A stretch of DNA of 64,000 nt from the IMG/VR virus record IMGVR_UViG_3300017917_000952, positions 62,001 to 126,000 of that record, one strand, 5' to 3'. A program made the translations under genes and the position numbers. Under the pieces are notes generated by a model that saw nothing but the letters and a program-made list of their open reading frames with translations, made no database searches and was not told the origin of the DNA. Below, one piece after another: positions 14,313-23,280 of this stretch; within the stretch, counting starts at the first letter, position 1; each line of letters begins with the position of its first letter.

Positions 14313-16985
14313 ATGAGTTACGTTGATGCCATATGGGATCGCGAGAAAGACATCATTCATGCTGTCGAGCGAGATCTTAAAAAGGGTAGACTTTATCAAA
14401 CATTCCCAGCCCGCTATCTGTTTTACTATCCAGATGCTAAGGGCAAATATAAATCAATCCACGGCGAAAGCCTATCAAAAGTTACTGCAAAGAATTGGAA
14501 AGAGTTCATTAAAGAACAAAAGATCCATAGCGGTTACAAACTATACGAAAGCGACATCAACCCTGTATTTCGCTGTCTCGAAGAAAACTATCTAGGTAAG
14601 GAACCTCCAAAACTGAATGTAGCGTTTTGGGATATTGAGGTGGACTTCGATCCAGAGCGCGGCTATGCATCGCCCGATGATGCATTTATGCCAATCACTG
14701 CGATTGCCGTTCACCTACAATGGTTAGATACATTAGTCTGTCTTGCTATTCCTCCAAAGACTCTAACAATGGAGCAGGCACAAGAACAGGTTAAAGACTT
14801 TCCTAACACGTTTCTGTTCGAAACAGAATACGAAATGTTAGACACTTTTCTTAACCTAATTGAGGATGCCGACATTCTAAGCGGCTGGAACAGTGAAGGT
14901 TTCGATATGCCGTACACGGTAAATAGAATTATAAAGGTTCTAAGTAAAGAAGATACACGCAGACTGTGCCTTTGGAACCAAATGCCCAAGAAGCGGGAGT
15001 ACGAAAAATATGGAAAAGCGGCTGTTACTTATGACCTGGTTGGTCGTGTTCATTTGGACAGTCTCGAGCTGTACCGCAAATACACATATGAAGAGCGTCA
15101 CACCTACAGACTGGACGCAATTGGGGAAATGGAGATAGGTGAATCAAAGACTGTCTATGAAGGCACACTTGATCAACTATACAATAATGATTTCCGCAAG
15201 TTTATTGAATACAACAGGCAAGACTGTGCGCTGTTAAACAAACTTGATAAGAAATTAAAATTCATTGACCTTGCAAACACCATTGCACATGAAAACACTG
15301 TGTTGCTACAGACTACAATGGGCGCTGTTGCTGTTACGGAACAGGCTATTGTAAATGAAGCACATCACAGAGGACTAATCGTTCCAAGTCGTCCACGTAG
15401 AGATGATACAGTTAATAGTGCGGCTGCTGGTGCGTATGTTGCATATCCTAAAAAAGGACTTCACGACTGGATTGGCTCTATGGACATTAACAGTCTGTAT
15501 CCATCTGTCATTCGTGCATTGAACATGGGTCCAGAAACTATTGTCGGACAGTTAAGGCCAGATTATACTAAAGCAGAAATTGAAGAAAAAACAACTGCTA
15601 AGGGATTAAGTTTTGCCGGCTCATGGGAAGGCAAGTTCGGTAGTAACGAATATGAATTTGTTATGGCACAGGACAAAGCCCACGATATTATCATTGACTG
15701 GGAGAATGGTAGCACTGATGTAATGAGTGGTGCCGAAATTTATAAACTAATATTCGAAAGCGGCAAGCCTTGGATGATAAGTGCGAACGGCACAATCTTT
15801 ACACATGAGCACGAAGGAGTTATTCCCGGATTGCTAAAGCGTTGGTACGCTGAACGTAAAGAAATGCAGGCCAAACTTAAAGAGGCAATTAAGGCCGAAA
15901 ATAAAATCGAAGAAGAATATTGGGACAAGCGTCAGTTGGTTAAAAAGATTAACTTAAACAGTCTGTACGGCGCTATTCTTAATGTGGGCTGTAGATTCTT
16001 TGATGATAGAATCGGACAATCAACTACATTAACAGGACGACAAATTGCACGTCATATGGCTGCAAAAATTAATGAAGTTGTAACAGGCGAGTATGATCAC
16101 GTAGGTAAAGCAATTATCTACGGTGATACAGACTCTGCTTATTTCAGCGCCTATAGCAGTCTTAAAAATGAAATTGCAAAAGGACAAATCCCTTGGGACA
16201 AAGATACCGTTATACAACTATATGACACTGTAGCCAACGAAGTTAACAGCACATTCCCGCAGTTCATGCTCGATGCTTTCCACTGCCCAAAGAGCCGTGG
16301 CGAAGTTATCAAAGCAGGTCGAGAAATTGTTGCTATCAAGGGTCTGTTTATTACTAAGAAACGTTATGCAGTTCTTGTATATGACAAAGAAGGTAAGCGT
16401 AAAGATAAAGACGGCAAGCCGGGAGAAATCAAGGCTATGGGTCTAGATCTGAAGCGTAGCGACACACCTGAATTTATGCAGGAATTCCTAACTGAGATCC
16501 TAACAAAGGTCCTAAATGGCAGCGAAGAAAAAGAAATTCTAGATAGAATTGTCGAGTTCAGAACCGAATTTAAGGCTCGACCTGGTTGGGAGAAAGGTAG
16601 TCCAAAACGTGCAAACAATATTACAGACTACGAGGAAAAAGAAAAGAAAGCAGGCAAGGCAAATATGCCCGGTCATGTCCGAGCAAGTATTAATTGGAAT
16701 ACTCTCCGCAGAATGAACGGTGACAAATACAGTATGCAAATTGTCGACGGTATGAAGGTTATCGTCTGCAAGTTAAAGTCCAATCCTCTAGGATTTACCA
16801 GTGTTGCATATCCTGTAGATGAACTACGTTTACCTAAGTGGTTTATGGAACTGCCGTTTGATCACGGAGAAATGGAAGCCACCATTATTAACAACAAGGT
16901 TGAAAACCTTATTGGTGTACTGGAATGGGATTTGAACAGTACACAAGAAACAAACACATTTGGTAGTTTATTCAGTTTTGAATAA
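14313..16985 (+). CDS. gp43: Family B DNA polymerase (T4 gp43-like)
   Basis: Exo DIEVD, WNSEGFD, YNRQD; Pol DINSLYPS, KKINLNSLYG, YGDTDS, KKRYA. Confidence 0.96.
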   Translation: MSYVDAIWDREKDIIHAVERDLKKGRLYQTFPARYLFYYPDAKGKYKSIHGESLSKVTAKNWKEFIKEQKIHSGYKLYESDINPVFRCLEENYLGKEPPKLNVAFWDIEVDFDPERGYASPDDAFMPITAIAVHLQWLDTLVCLAIPPKTLTMEQAQEQVKDFPNTFLFETEYEMLDTFLNLIEDADILSGWNSEGFDMPYTVNRIIKVLSKEDTRRLCLWNQMPKKREYEKYGKAAVTYDLVGRVHLDSLELYRKYTYEERHTYRLDAIGEMEIGESKTVYEGTLDQLYNNDFRKFIEYNRQDCALLNKLDKKLKFIDLANTIAHENTVLLQTTMGAVAVTEQAIVNEAHHRGLIVPSRPRRDDTVNSAAAGAYVAYPKKGLHDWIGSMDINSLYPSVIRALNMGPETIVGQLRPDYTKAEIEEKTTAKGLSFAGSWEGKFGSNEYEFVMAQDKAHDIIIDWENGSTDVMSGAEIYKLIFESGKPWMISANGTIFTHEHEGVIPGLLKRWYAERKEMQAKLKEAIKAENKIEEEYWDKRQLVKKINLNSLYGAILNVGCRFFDDRIGQSTTLTGRQIARHMAAKINEVVTGEYDHVGKAIIYGDTDSAYFSAYSSLKNEIAKGQIPWDKDTVIQLYDTVANEVNSTFPQFMLDAFHCPKSRGEVIKAGREIVAIKGLFITKKRYAVLVYDKEGKRKDKDGKPGEIKAMGLDLKRSDTPEFMQEFLTEILTKVLNGSEEKEILDRIVEFRTEFKARPGWEKGSPKRANNITDYEEKEKKAGKANMPGHVRASINWNTLRRMNGDKYSMQIVDGMKVIVCKLKSNPLGFTSVAYPVDELRLPKWFMELPFDHGEMEATIINNKVENLIGVLEWDLNSTQETNTFGSLFSFE

Positions 16986-16993
16986 AAAATCTG

Positions 16994-17022
16994 TTGACTT
17001 TTTACTACCGCCTAAATAAAAT
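16994..17022 (+). promoter_or_regulatory. sigma70-like promoter with overlapping CTAAATA late-type motif
   Basis: TTGACT-N17-TAAAAT; CTAAATA 17012-17018. Confidence 0.65.
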
Positions 17023-17041
17023 TAACAAAAGGATTATAATC

Positions 17042-17776
17042 ATGAAAGCAATCTTACAAGACATCGTCGCACATACAAACAAACTAGGGTTTTTAAATAT
17101 CGTTAAAGTAACAGGTACTAAAGATAAAACTCTAGTCGACAGTATGGCTGATGACCGTAGCGTTATTATGTACGCAGAAACAAAGGACCCACAGCCAAGT
17201 ATGCAGGGTGTGTTCGGTATGCCTCAACTCGAAAAACTTCGTTATCTTGTTGACGGTAAAGAATACCAAGACGATGCCAAGATCGAAGTTGTTACAGCAG
17301 ATCGAAACGGTGAGACTATTCCTGTAGGCTTACACTTTGAAAACAAAGACGGTGACTTCAAGAACGACTATCGTTTTATGAACACTGAGATTATTAACGA
17401 GAAACTTAAGACTGTTAAGTTCCGTGGTGTTAACTGGCATGTTGAAGTTGAACCTACGGTTAGTGCTATCCAGCGTTTCCAATTCCAAGCAGGTGCAAAT
17501 ACAGAACATACAACGTTCCTTGCAAAGACTGACGGAGATAAACTTGTGTTTGTTTTTGGTGATCAAAGCACTCACGGTGGCGAGTTTGTTTTTGCATCTG
17601 GCATTACTGGAAAGATCACAAAGGCATGGACATGGCCTGTTAACAGCGTTCTAAGTATTCTTAAGATCGCAGACGGTAACAATACTAAAATGAGTTTTAG
17701 TAACGACGGTGCTATGCAGATCGAATTAGACAGTGGCATTGCTACTTACAAATATATCATTCCTGCACAAGCATGA
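17042..17776 (+). CDS. Probable sliding clamp (gp45-like)
   Basis: 244 aa, alternating alpha/beta two-domain pattern, directly after polB; start MKAIL at 17042. Confidence 0.6.
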   Translation: MKAILQDIVAHTNKLGFLNIVKVTGTKDKTLVDSMADDRSVIMYAETKDPQPSMQGVFGMPQLEKLRYLVDGKEYQDDAKIEVVTADRNGETIPVGLHFENKDGDFKNDYRFMNTEIINEKLKTVKFRGVNWHVEVEPTVSAIQRFQFQAGANTEHTTFLAKTDGDKLVFVFGDQSTHGGEFVFASGITGKITKAWTWPVNSVLSILKIADGNNTKMSFSNDGAMQIELDSGIATYKYIIPAQA

Positions 17777-18126
17777 TCAATAACATATCAGGCATGAATA
17801 ATGTTGTCGTTATGAACGGCAACTCGTTCATGCCGTATGTAAACATGTCAAACCCTAGTGCTGGCATAGTCCGATACAATGGTAGTAACCAAAGTATGGA
17901 AGTGTATGACGGAAATAGTTGGTTGACTATGAATAATAATCATGTTAATATCGATCTGTCTGGTGCTGCTAATGCCGCCATTGCTTGGGCTATGAATAAG
18001 ATGGCAGAAGAAGCACAGTTAGAAAAGATGGCGGCAGAGCACCCTGCTGTAAAGGCAGCATATGAAAATATGAAACGTGCCGCAGAACAATTAAAAGCAA
18101 CAATAATATTGAGTAAAGATGAGTAA
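17773..18126 (+). CDS. Hypothetical protein
   Basis: 117-aa ORF with overlapping start/stop coupling. Confidence 0.65.
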   Translation: MINNISGMNNVVVMNGNSFMPYVNMSNPSAGIVRYNGSNQSMEVYDGNSWLTMNNNHVNIDLSGAANAAIAWAMNKMAEEAQLEKMAAEHPAVKAAYENMKRAAEQLKATIILSKDE

Positions 18127-19675
18127 CCCACCACGCAACCTAACACCGTTGCAGAAAGATTATGCTGTATATCTTCCTGCCATTAGTAGTTTCTACAGCA
18201 CCTATGTCGCAAAACAACGTCTAGAAGAATTTGTACCCAAGGATCGTATCCCTGCAGGATTTGATCGAGGAATTGAGGGTATGAACTTTCTTAACCCCGA
18301 ACAGGGCTACTTTACCTACAAGTATGCTCTATATTCTGCAGGTCACGCACAGTTAGATATTGTTAAGGCACAAACGCAAGAGTCAATGATCCAACAACGC
18401 GATAGAGGTAACTCTTTAATCTTAGGTGACTCCGGTGGGTATCAGATCGGTAAAGGCGTTCTTAAATTTGACTGGCTTAACTTTGAAGGCAAGGAAGCAA
18501 ACAAAACACGTCAACAGATTTTAGAATGGCTAGAAGCAACCGCCGATTGGTCAATGATGCTCGACGTTCCTACATGGGCCTGCGATCACATCCATAGTCC
18601 AAAGACTGGACTAAAAACATTTGACGATTGTCTAGACAAGACACGCTTCAATAACGATTACTTCCTTAAGAACCGCCTAGGTGCTACTAAGTGGCTTAAT
18701 GTTCTACAAGGCAGTGATTGGGATACTGCCGAAAAATGGTATAACGGTGTAAAAGAATTCAGCGATCCTAAAGGCAAGTATGCCGGTAAGGAAGCCGAAG
18801 GGTGGGCCTTCGGTGGTGCTAACATGTGTAAAATGGATATTACACTCAAGCGTCTAATGACCTTGCGTGAAGATGGTTTGCTGAAAGGCAAAAACTGGAT
18901 CCACTTCCTGGGTACAGCACAGTTAGATTGGTCGTGCTATCTAACGCAAATTCAACGTCAAATTAGGAAACACATCAATGAAGAAATTACCATATCTTTT
19001 GACTGCGCCTCACCGTTCATCGCAACAGCACACGGACTCGTCTACACAAACGCAGTCCACACGCCCAAAAGGTGGAGTGTTATTATGGACAAAGCCCCAG
19101 ATAACAAAGCACTTTCAGGAAGCGACATCCCGTTCCCATTCGAAAGCGAATTCGGTCGCAGGTTAACATTAGGTGATATCTGTTACTATGCTCCAGGTAT
19201 GCTTAACAAGATTGGCAAAGAAGGTAAAACTTCTTGGGATAGTTTTGCTTATGCACTTATGATGGGTCATAATGTCGAGTGTCATATTATTGCTGTACAA
19301 CGAGCACAGCAGTTAATGGACATTGAAGTTGCAAAGACCAAGGGTAAGATCAACTGGAAACACTGGAAGAAAGTAAAGTCCGGAGACATGAGTGACGAAT
19401 ACAGTGATTGGGTTCCTCGCAATATCCTATACTTCTCGAACTTTATCGAAGACCTGTTCAACACCAAAACAAAAGCAGAAGCATTTGAAATGATCGAGCA
19501 AGCAGGTCCTTTCTTACGCAGTCTAGAAGGTGCCCGACTGCAAGGTGGTCCTGCACAGAATACATTCGGTAACTTGTTTGAAATTGAAACGGTTACAGAT
19601 CAAAACGAAATCGATCTTGCTAACCCAGACGACGACGATCTAAGAGCGCTTGAAGAAGGTATTACAGGAGAATAA
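18119..19675 (+). CDS. dpdA: tRNA-guanine transglycosylase-fold protein, probable DNA 7-deazaguanine inserting enzyme (DpdA-like)
   Basis: TGT core motifs in order: GDSGGYQ, MLDVP, VLQG, AFGG, HFLG, SFDCASP, late HN; queE in same neighbourhood. Confidence 0.75.
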   Translation: MSNPPRNLTPLQKDYAVYLPAISSFYSTYVAKQRLEEFVPKDRIPAGFDRGIEGMNFLNPEQGYFTYKYALYSAGHAQLDIVKAQTQESMIQQRDRGNSLILGDSGGYQIGKGVLKFDWLNFEGKEANKTRQQILEWLEATADWSMMLDVPTWACDHIHSPKTGLKTFDDCLDKTRFNNDYFLKNRLGATKWLNVLQGSDWDTAEKWYNGVKEFSDPKGKYAGKEAEGWAFGGANMCKMDITLKRLMTLREDGLLKGKNWIHFLGTAQLDWSCYLTQIQRQIRKHINEEITISFDCASPFIATAHGLVYTNAVHTPKRWSVIMDKAPDNKALSGSDIPFPFESEFGRRLTLGDICYYAPGMLNKIGKEGKTSWDSFAYALMMGHNVECHIIAVQRAQQLMDIEVAKTKGKINWKHWKKVKSGDMSDEYSDWVPRNILYFSNFIEDLFNTKTKAEAFEMIEQAGPFLRSLEGARLQGGPAQNTFGNLFEIETVTDQNEIDLANPDDDDLRALEEGITGE

Positions 19676-19676
19676 C

Positions 19677-20087
19677 ATGGCAACGTGGAAAATTTCTAAT
19701 AGAGACAAAAAGAATTGTGAAGAAAGACAATTCTGGGTCAAGGACGGACAGACTATTACTAGAATTGAAGGATTCCGTTGGGGATCATTTACTGTAGAAA
19801 CGTCCGACGATGAACCGCCTGAGGGAATTACTGAAGAAAACGAAGACGGTATCGACATGTACAGTTATTTCGGCGACAACGCAGAAGACGGTGCTGAACT
19901 AGATATGATGGATGACGGCTGCTACGGCGACTGGGAGTTTCCGGAGGGCATGGACGAGGAAGAACAAGAACGTATCATCGAAGGATGGGACGAAGATAGT
20001 TATGAATTTATGGAAGGCGACGGTTGGGTCAATGACGAAACCGAGGCGTGGTTATTTGGACCCCTTAATATTGAAAAGGTAAACTAA
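19677..20087 (+). CDS. Highly acidic hypothetical protein
   Basis: Start MATWK at 19677 after AGGAG; about 41 D/E vs about 10 K/R in 136 aa by hand count. Confidence 0.7.
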   Translation: MATWKISNRDKKNCEERQFWVKDGQTITRIEGFRWGSFTVETSDDEPPEGITEENEDGIDMYSYFGDNAEDGAELDMMDDGCYGDWEFPEGMDEEEQERIIEGWDEDSYEFMEGDGWVNDETEAWLFGPLNIEKVN

Positions 20088-20088
20088 A

Positions 20089-20385
20089 ATGGCACGGAAA
20101 AAGAAAACTGAAGAGCAAGTTATTGCCGAAGTATCTAAACTAATTGCAGAAGAAACACTTCAGGCTACTGAACCAAAAAAGAAGAAAGTAAAAGAAGTAT
20201 GGCCAAAAGTGATCCAAGGCAGTCATAGCACTAGAACCGAATACGAAGATGGTCGCGTAGACTTTGTTACAGATTGGGATGCTCTGCAAAGAGATGTAAG
20301 AGAAGCACTAGCCGCATACGAACTTAGCCAAAAGAAGCCTGCGGTGAAAGCCAAAATGGTTCGTAAAAAGAAAGTTTCTGAGTAA
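20089..20385 (+). CDS. Hypothetical basic protein
   Basis: 98-aa ORF in operon. Confidence 0.65.
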   Translation: MARKKKTEEQVIAEVSKLIAEETLQATEPKKKKVKEVWPKVIQGSHSTRTEYEDGRVDFVTDWDALQRDVREALAAYELSQKKPAVKAKMVRKKKVSE

Positions 20386-20402
20386 TTTGGTAAAATTAGT
20401 AG

Positions 20403-20431
20403 TTGACTATTATCCAAAGTTTTGCTATATT
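20403..20431 (+). promoter_or_regulatory. sigma70-like promoter (extended -10)
   Basis: TTGACT-N17-TATATT with TGc. Confidence 0.65.
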
Positions 20432-20437
20432 AATAAT

Positions 20438-20962
20438 ATGAAACGTGATTACACTGATGGTAATTTAGATGATGTAAACTTCTTCTTTGGAGAAGAAGTT
20501 GAACACACACCGGCATATGGTATGGACACTCTATTCGTAGTCGGCGTCCAACCAATTGAAACTATTGAACATTACCTATCAGGTACTACATACCAAACAA
20601 AGCATATTTTCTTCGGGGCCAATCATAGTTTTAATCCAAAAGATAATCTCGATTGGCAACGTTGGGAATCTATGATTCAGCACTTTTTAGATAAAGATTA
20701 TCTATGCAGTCTCGACATTCCGATGAGTGCTGTTGAAGAATTTCACGAAGGTGGCCTTTGTGAATCGGATAACTTTATTCCCCAAATTCGTGTTCCTATT
20801 CCGTACATTCGTCTCTGGAATTATAACACAATGATTAAAATCGACGACAAAGACTTCAAAGCCACTAATCCCGGTGTATGGAGTCATAGTCTGCATAAAT
20901 TAATGGACCGAGAGTGCTTTACTGACTGGTCTAAATATAAAAACGATAAGGTAATGAAATGA
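20438..20962 (+). CDS. Hypothetical protein in deazaguanine neighbourhood
   Basis: Start MKRDY at 20438; EVEHTPA.G..TLFV, HIFFGANHSF, alpha/beta pattern. Confidence 0.7.
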   Translation: MKRDYTDGNLDDVNFFFGEEVEHTPAYGMDTLFVVGVQPIETIEHYLSGTTYQTKHIFFGANHSFNPKDNLDWQRWESMIQHFLDKDYLCSLDIPMSAVEEFHEGGLCESDNFIPQIRVPIPYIRLWNYNTMIKIDDKDFKATNPGVWSHSLHKLMDRECFTDWSKYKNDKVMK

Positions 20963-21135
20963 TTAATTCAAAAATTGTCAAGGGTGTTCCTAAAGAAGAT
21001 GCCCAAGAAAAACTGTTTAAGTTGCTCGAAAGTATTGACTGGAAGTTGTGGGAAATGTATAATATGATGAAAGACAATCTTCCTGCAAAAAACGAAACTG
21101 CTTCTAAAACAAAAAAGAAGGCCGAAAATGAGTGA
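20959..21135 (+). CDS. Small hypothetical protein (58 aa, not in ORF track)
   Basis: Hand translation MINSKIVKGVPKEDAQEKLFKLLESIDWKLWEMYNMMKDNLPAKNETASKTKKKAENE*; fills the gap exactly and overlaps both neighbours. Confidence 0.6.
   Translation: MINSKIVKGVPKEDAQEKLFKLLESIDWKLWEMYNMMKDNLPAKNETASKTKKKAENE
21035..21063 (+). promoter_or_regulatory. sigma70-like promoter internal to small ORF
   Basis: TTGACT-N17-TATAAT. Confidence 0.55.
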
Positions 21136-21511
21136 ACGCAATATGATCTGGGTTACTTTTCGCAAGGAAGGTATTCACATGTACCCAGCGGCTGCAACAG
21201 ATCCTAATCTTAAAACAGGTGACGAATATGACGTTAGTTTCCTCGGTACTCCACATCGTCATATCTTCCATTTCAAAGTCTATATTCAAGTATTTCACGA
21301 TGATCGTGATATTGAGTTTATTCAGTTTAAGCGTTGGCTAGAGAAGTGCTATAGCGACGGCACACTCGAGCTCAACCACAAATCCTGCGAGATGATTGCA
21401 CGAGAACTTCATGCAACTATCAAGGCAAGATATCCAGGTCGTAAGATTTGGATTGACGTAAGTGAAGACGGCGAAAATGGCTGCTTCATTAAATTTCCAT
21501 CAACCCTTTAA
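21128..21511 (+). CDS. T-fold QueD-like protein with LxxxHRHxF motif (DpdL-like candidate)
   Basis: EGIH..., FLGTPHRHIFHF, DIEFI, SCEMIA, VSED; His-rich metal site typical of PTPS/QueD fold. Confidence 0.65.
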   Translation: MSERNMIWVTFRKEGIHMYPAAATDPNLKTGDEYDVSFLGTPHRHIFHFKVYIQVFHDDRDIEFIQFKRWLEKCYSDGTLELNHKSCEMIARELHATIKARYPGRKIWIDVSEDGENGCFIKFPSTL

Positions 21512-21525
21512 TTAGGAAACACAAC

Positions 21526-21777
21526 ATGTCGATTCCGGCATACATTCAAAAAACTCTCGTTATGAAGCCCGAAGTTACCAAGATCTTTGATGACCTCGAA
21601 AAATGGCACGATCACTGCCGCTTTGAATTGATCAACTTTGATCCTAAGGACCTGTACCGGTCCAAGGAATATAAGGATTGGTCTCGAGGCTTTGAAAAGA
21701 AGCCATGGAATGGCGAGCGTAAGCCATACCAAGGTAAGAATCCGAGATATTCGAATGGCGAACGTTTTTCTCGTTGA
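21526..21777 (+). CDS. Hypothetical protein
   Basis: 83-aa ORF with AGGA SD. Confidence 0.6.
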   Translation: MSIPAYIQKTLVMKPEVTKIFDDLEKWHDHCRFELINFDPKDLYRSKEYKDWSRGFEKKPWNGERKPYQGKNPRYSNGERFSR

Positions 21778-22819
21778 TCTAGAAAGCGTAGAAACAAGGT
21801 ACACGGGTCAATGGAAGGCCCATGTACCTTCCTTACTACGAAAGGCAGGACATAATGTTCAAGTTATTTCGGGACCTACTGATATTCCTGCATCAACTAC
21901 CCCAGGCGCTTTTCTTAACTTTGGCGGAACGAATATCTACAAAGCATCCCAAGTGGAGCAGATGGGTCGTTTATTCTGCGCCGGAACTGTCAGCCCTGGC
22001 GATCATTTTCTTTTTACTGATGCTTGGCATCCTGGTATCATTAATCTTCGATATATGAGCGAGCTTCTTAACATTCCTGTTAAGATTCACGCATTATGGC
22101 ATGCTGGTAGTTACGACCCCCAAGACTTCTTAGGACGTCTTATCGGAGATGCTCCGTGGGTTAGACACGCTGAGAAAAGTTTTTATCATGCGATTGACCA
22201 TAACTATTTTGCTACGCAGTTTCATATAAAACTATTCTGCGAAACTCTATTAGGTTTTACTCCTGCTGAAAAACTGTACGACACTAAAATTGTACGCACA
22301 GGCTGGCCAATGGAATATATGGTTGATACTCTTACTCCATATAAAGGTATGGACAAGAGAAATCTTATTTTGTTTCCGCATAGACTGGCTCCAGAGAAGC
22401 AGGTGGAAATTTTTAGAGATTTGAAAGAACACTTACCTCAATATGAATTTGTTATTTGTCAAGAACAAGAATTGACAAAGAATGAATATCATAATTTGCT
22501 AGGAGAAGCAAAGATGGTGTTTAGCGCCAACTTACAAGAGACACTTGGTATTAGTTGGTATGAAGGCGCTATCGTTGATGCTATTCCTATGATGCCAGAC
22601 AGACTAAGTTACAGTGAAATGGCCTATGCTACATTTAAGTATCCTAGTGAATGGACTGAGTCATACACAGCGTACACAGAGCACCGTCAAGAGTTATGTG
22701 CTAAAATAATTCAATACATGGACAATTACGAAAAGTTCTTGCCTACGTTGAGAAAACAGACACAAGACTTAACAACAAACTTTTTTAGTGCAAATGGTTT
22801 ACTGGAGAACATTAAATGA
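21755..22819 (+). CDS. GT-B (family 4/Glycos_transf_1-like) glycosyltransferase
   Basis: Start MANVF at 21755; FPHRLAPEK and E-x7-E motif ETLGISWYE; PDRLSYSEM. Confidence 0.8.
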   Translation: MANVFLVDLESVETRYTGQWKAHVPSLLRKAGHNVQVISGPTDIPASTTPGAFLNFGGTNIYKASQVEQMGRLFCAGTVSPGDHFLFTDAWHPGIINLRYMSELLNIPVKIHALWHAGSYDPQDFLGRLIGDAPWVRHAEKSFYHAIDHNYFATQFHIKLFCETLLGFTPAEKLYDTKIVRTGWPMEYMVDTLTPYKGMDKRNLILFPHRLAPEKQVEIFRDLKEHLPQYEFVICQEQELTKNEYHNLLGEAKMVFSANLQETLGISWYEGAIVDAIPMMPDRLSYSEMAYATFKYPSEWTESYTAYTEHRQELCAKIIQYMDNYEKFLPTLRKQTQDLTTNFFSANGLLENIK

Positions 22820-23280
22820 AATGGTTTCTTAAAATTCTAGAACGACTAGGTCGTAAACGTATTGTAATGGACAGGATTAACAATGAGCCTTATCTCGAAC
22901 GCTACTACCTCTTTCTTAAAGATAGAAAGCATTTCCCCTTCAATGTGTTTCTTCACCGTTTCCTTAAATCAGATCCCGATGATGTGCATGATCATCCATG
23001 GGGTTACGCAACGCTTATCTTAAAAGGCGGCTACTATGAATGGGTGGGCAAGTTTAACTCCAACGGCGAAAAGATTGGTGAAGTTAGAATGTGGCGTGGC
23101 CCTGGCCATTTCCGTGTATGTAGTGCTACTTCTTACCATCGTATTGAACTTGACCCAGGGGTAGACTGCTGGACTTTGTTCATGCCCGGTCCTCAGAAGA
23201 GAGAATGGGGATTCTGGTATAAGGGTGCTTGGATGCACAATGACCAATACCTTAAAGGTCGGTCAGAGGGAACTTTGTAA
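22816..23280 (+). CDS. Cupin-fold protein
   Basis: HDHPW...GGYYE...YHRIEL...WTLFMPG metal-binding cupin pattern. Confidence 0.7.
   Translation: MKWFLKILERLGRKRIVMDRINNEPYLERYYLFLKDRKHFPFNVFLHRFLKSDPDDVHDHPWGYATLILKGGYYEWVGKFNSNGEKIGEVRMWRGPGHFRVCSATSYHRIELDPGVDCWTLFMPGPQKREWGFWYKGAWMHNDQYLKGRSEGTL

Noticed and set aside
14313-16985. Intein or intron in DNA polymerase (also checked thyA, clpA, gp46)
   Set aside because: Lengths are normal, motifs are contiguous, and there are no C/S...HN intein ends or LAGLIDADG/HNH inserts
18119-19675. Ordinary tRNA-modifying tgt
   Set aside because: Lacks the CxCxxC Zn motif of bacterial Tgt, has large insertions, and sits by replication genes and queE; a DNA-acting DpdA role is preferred but not proven
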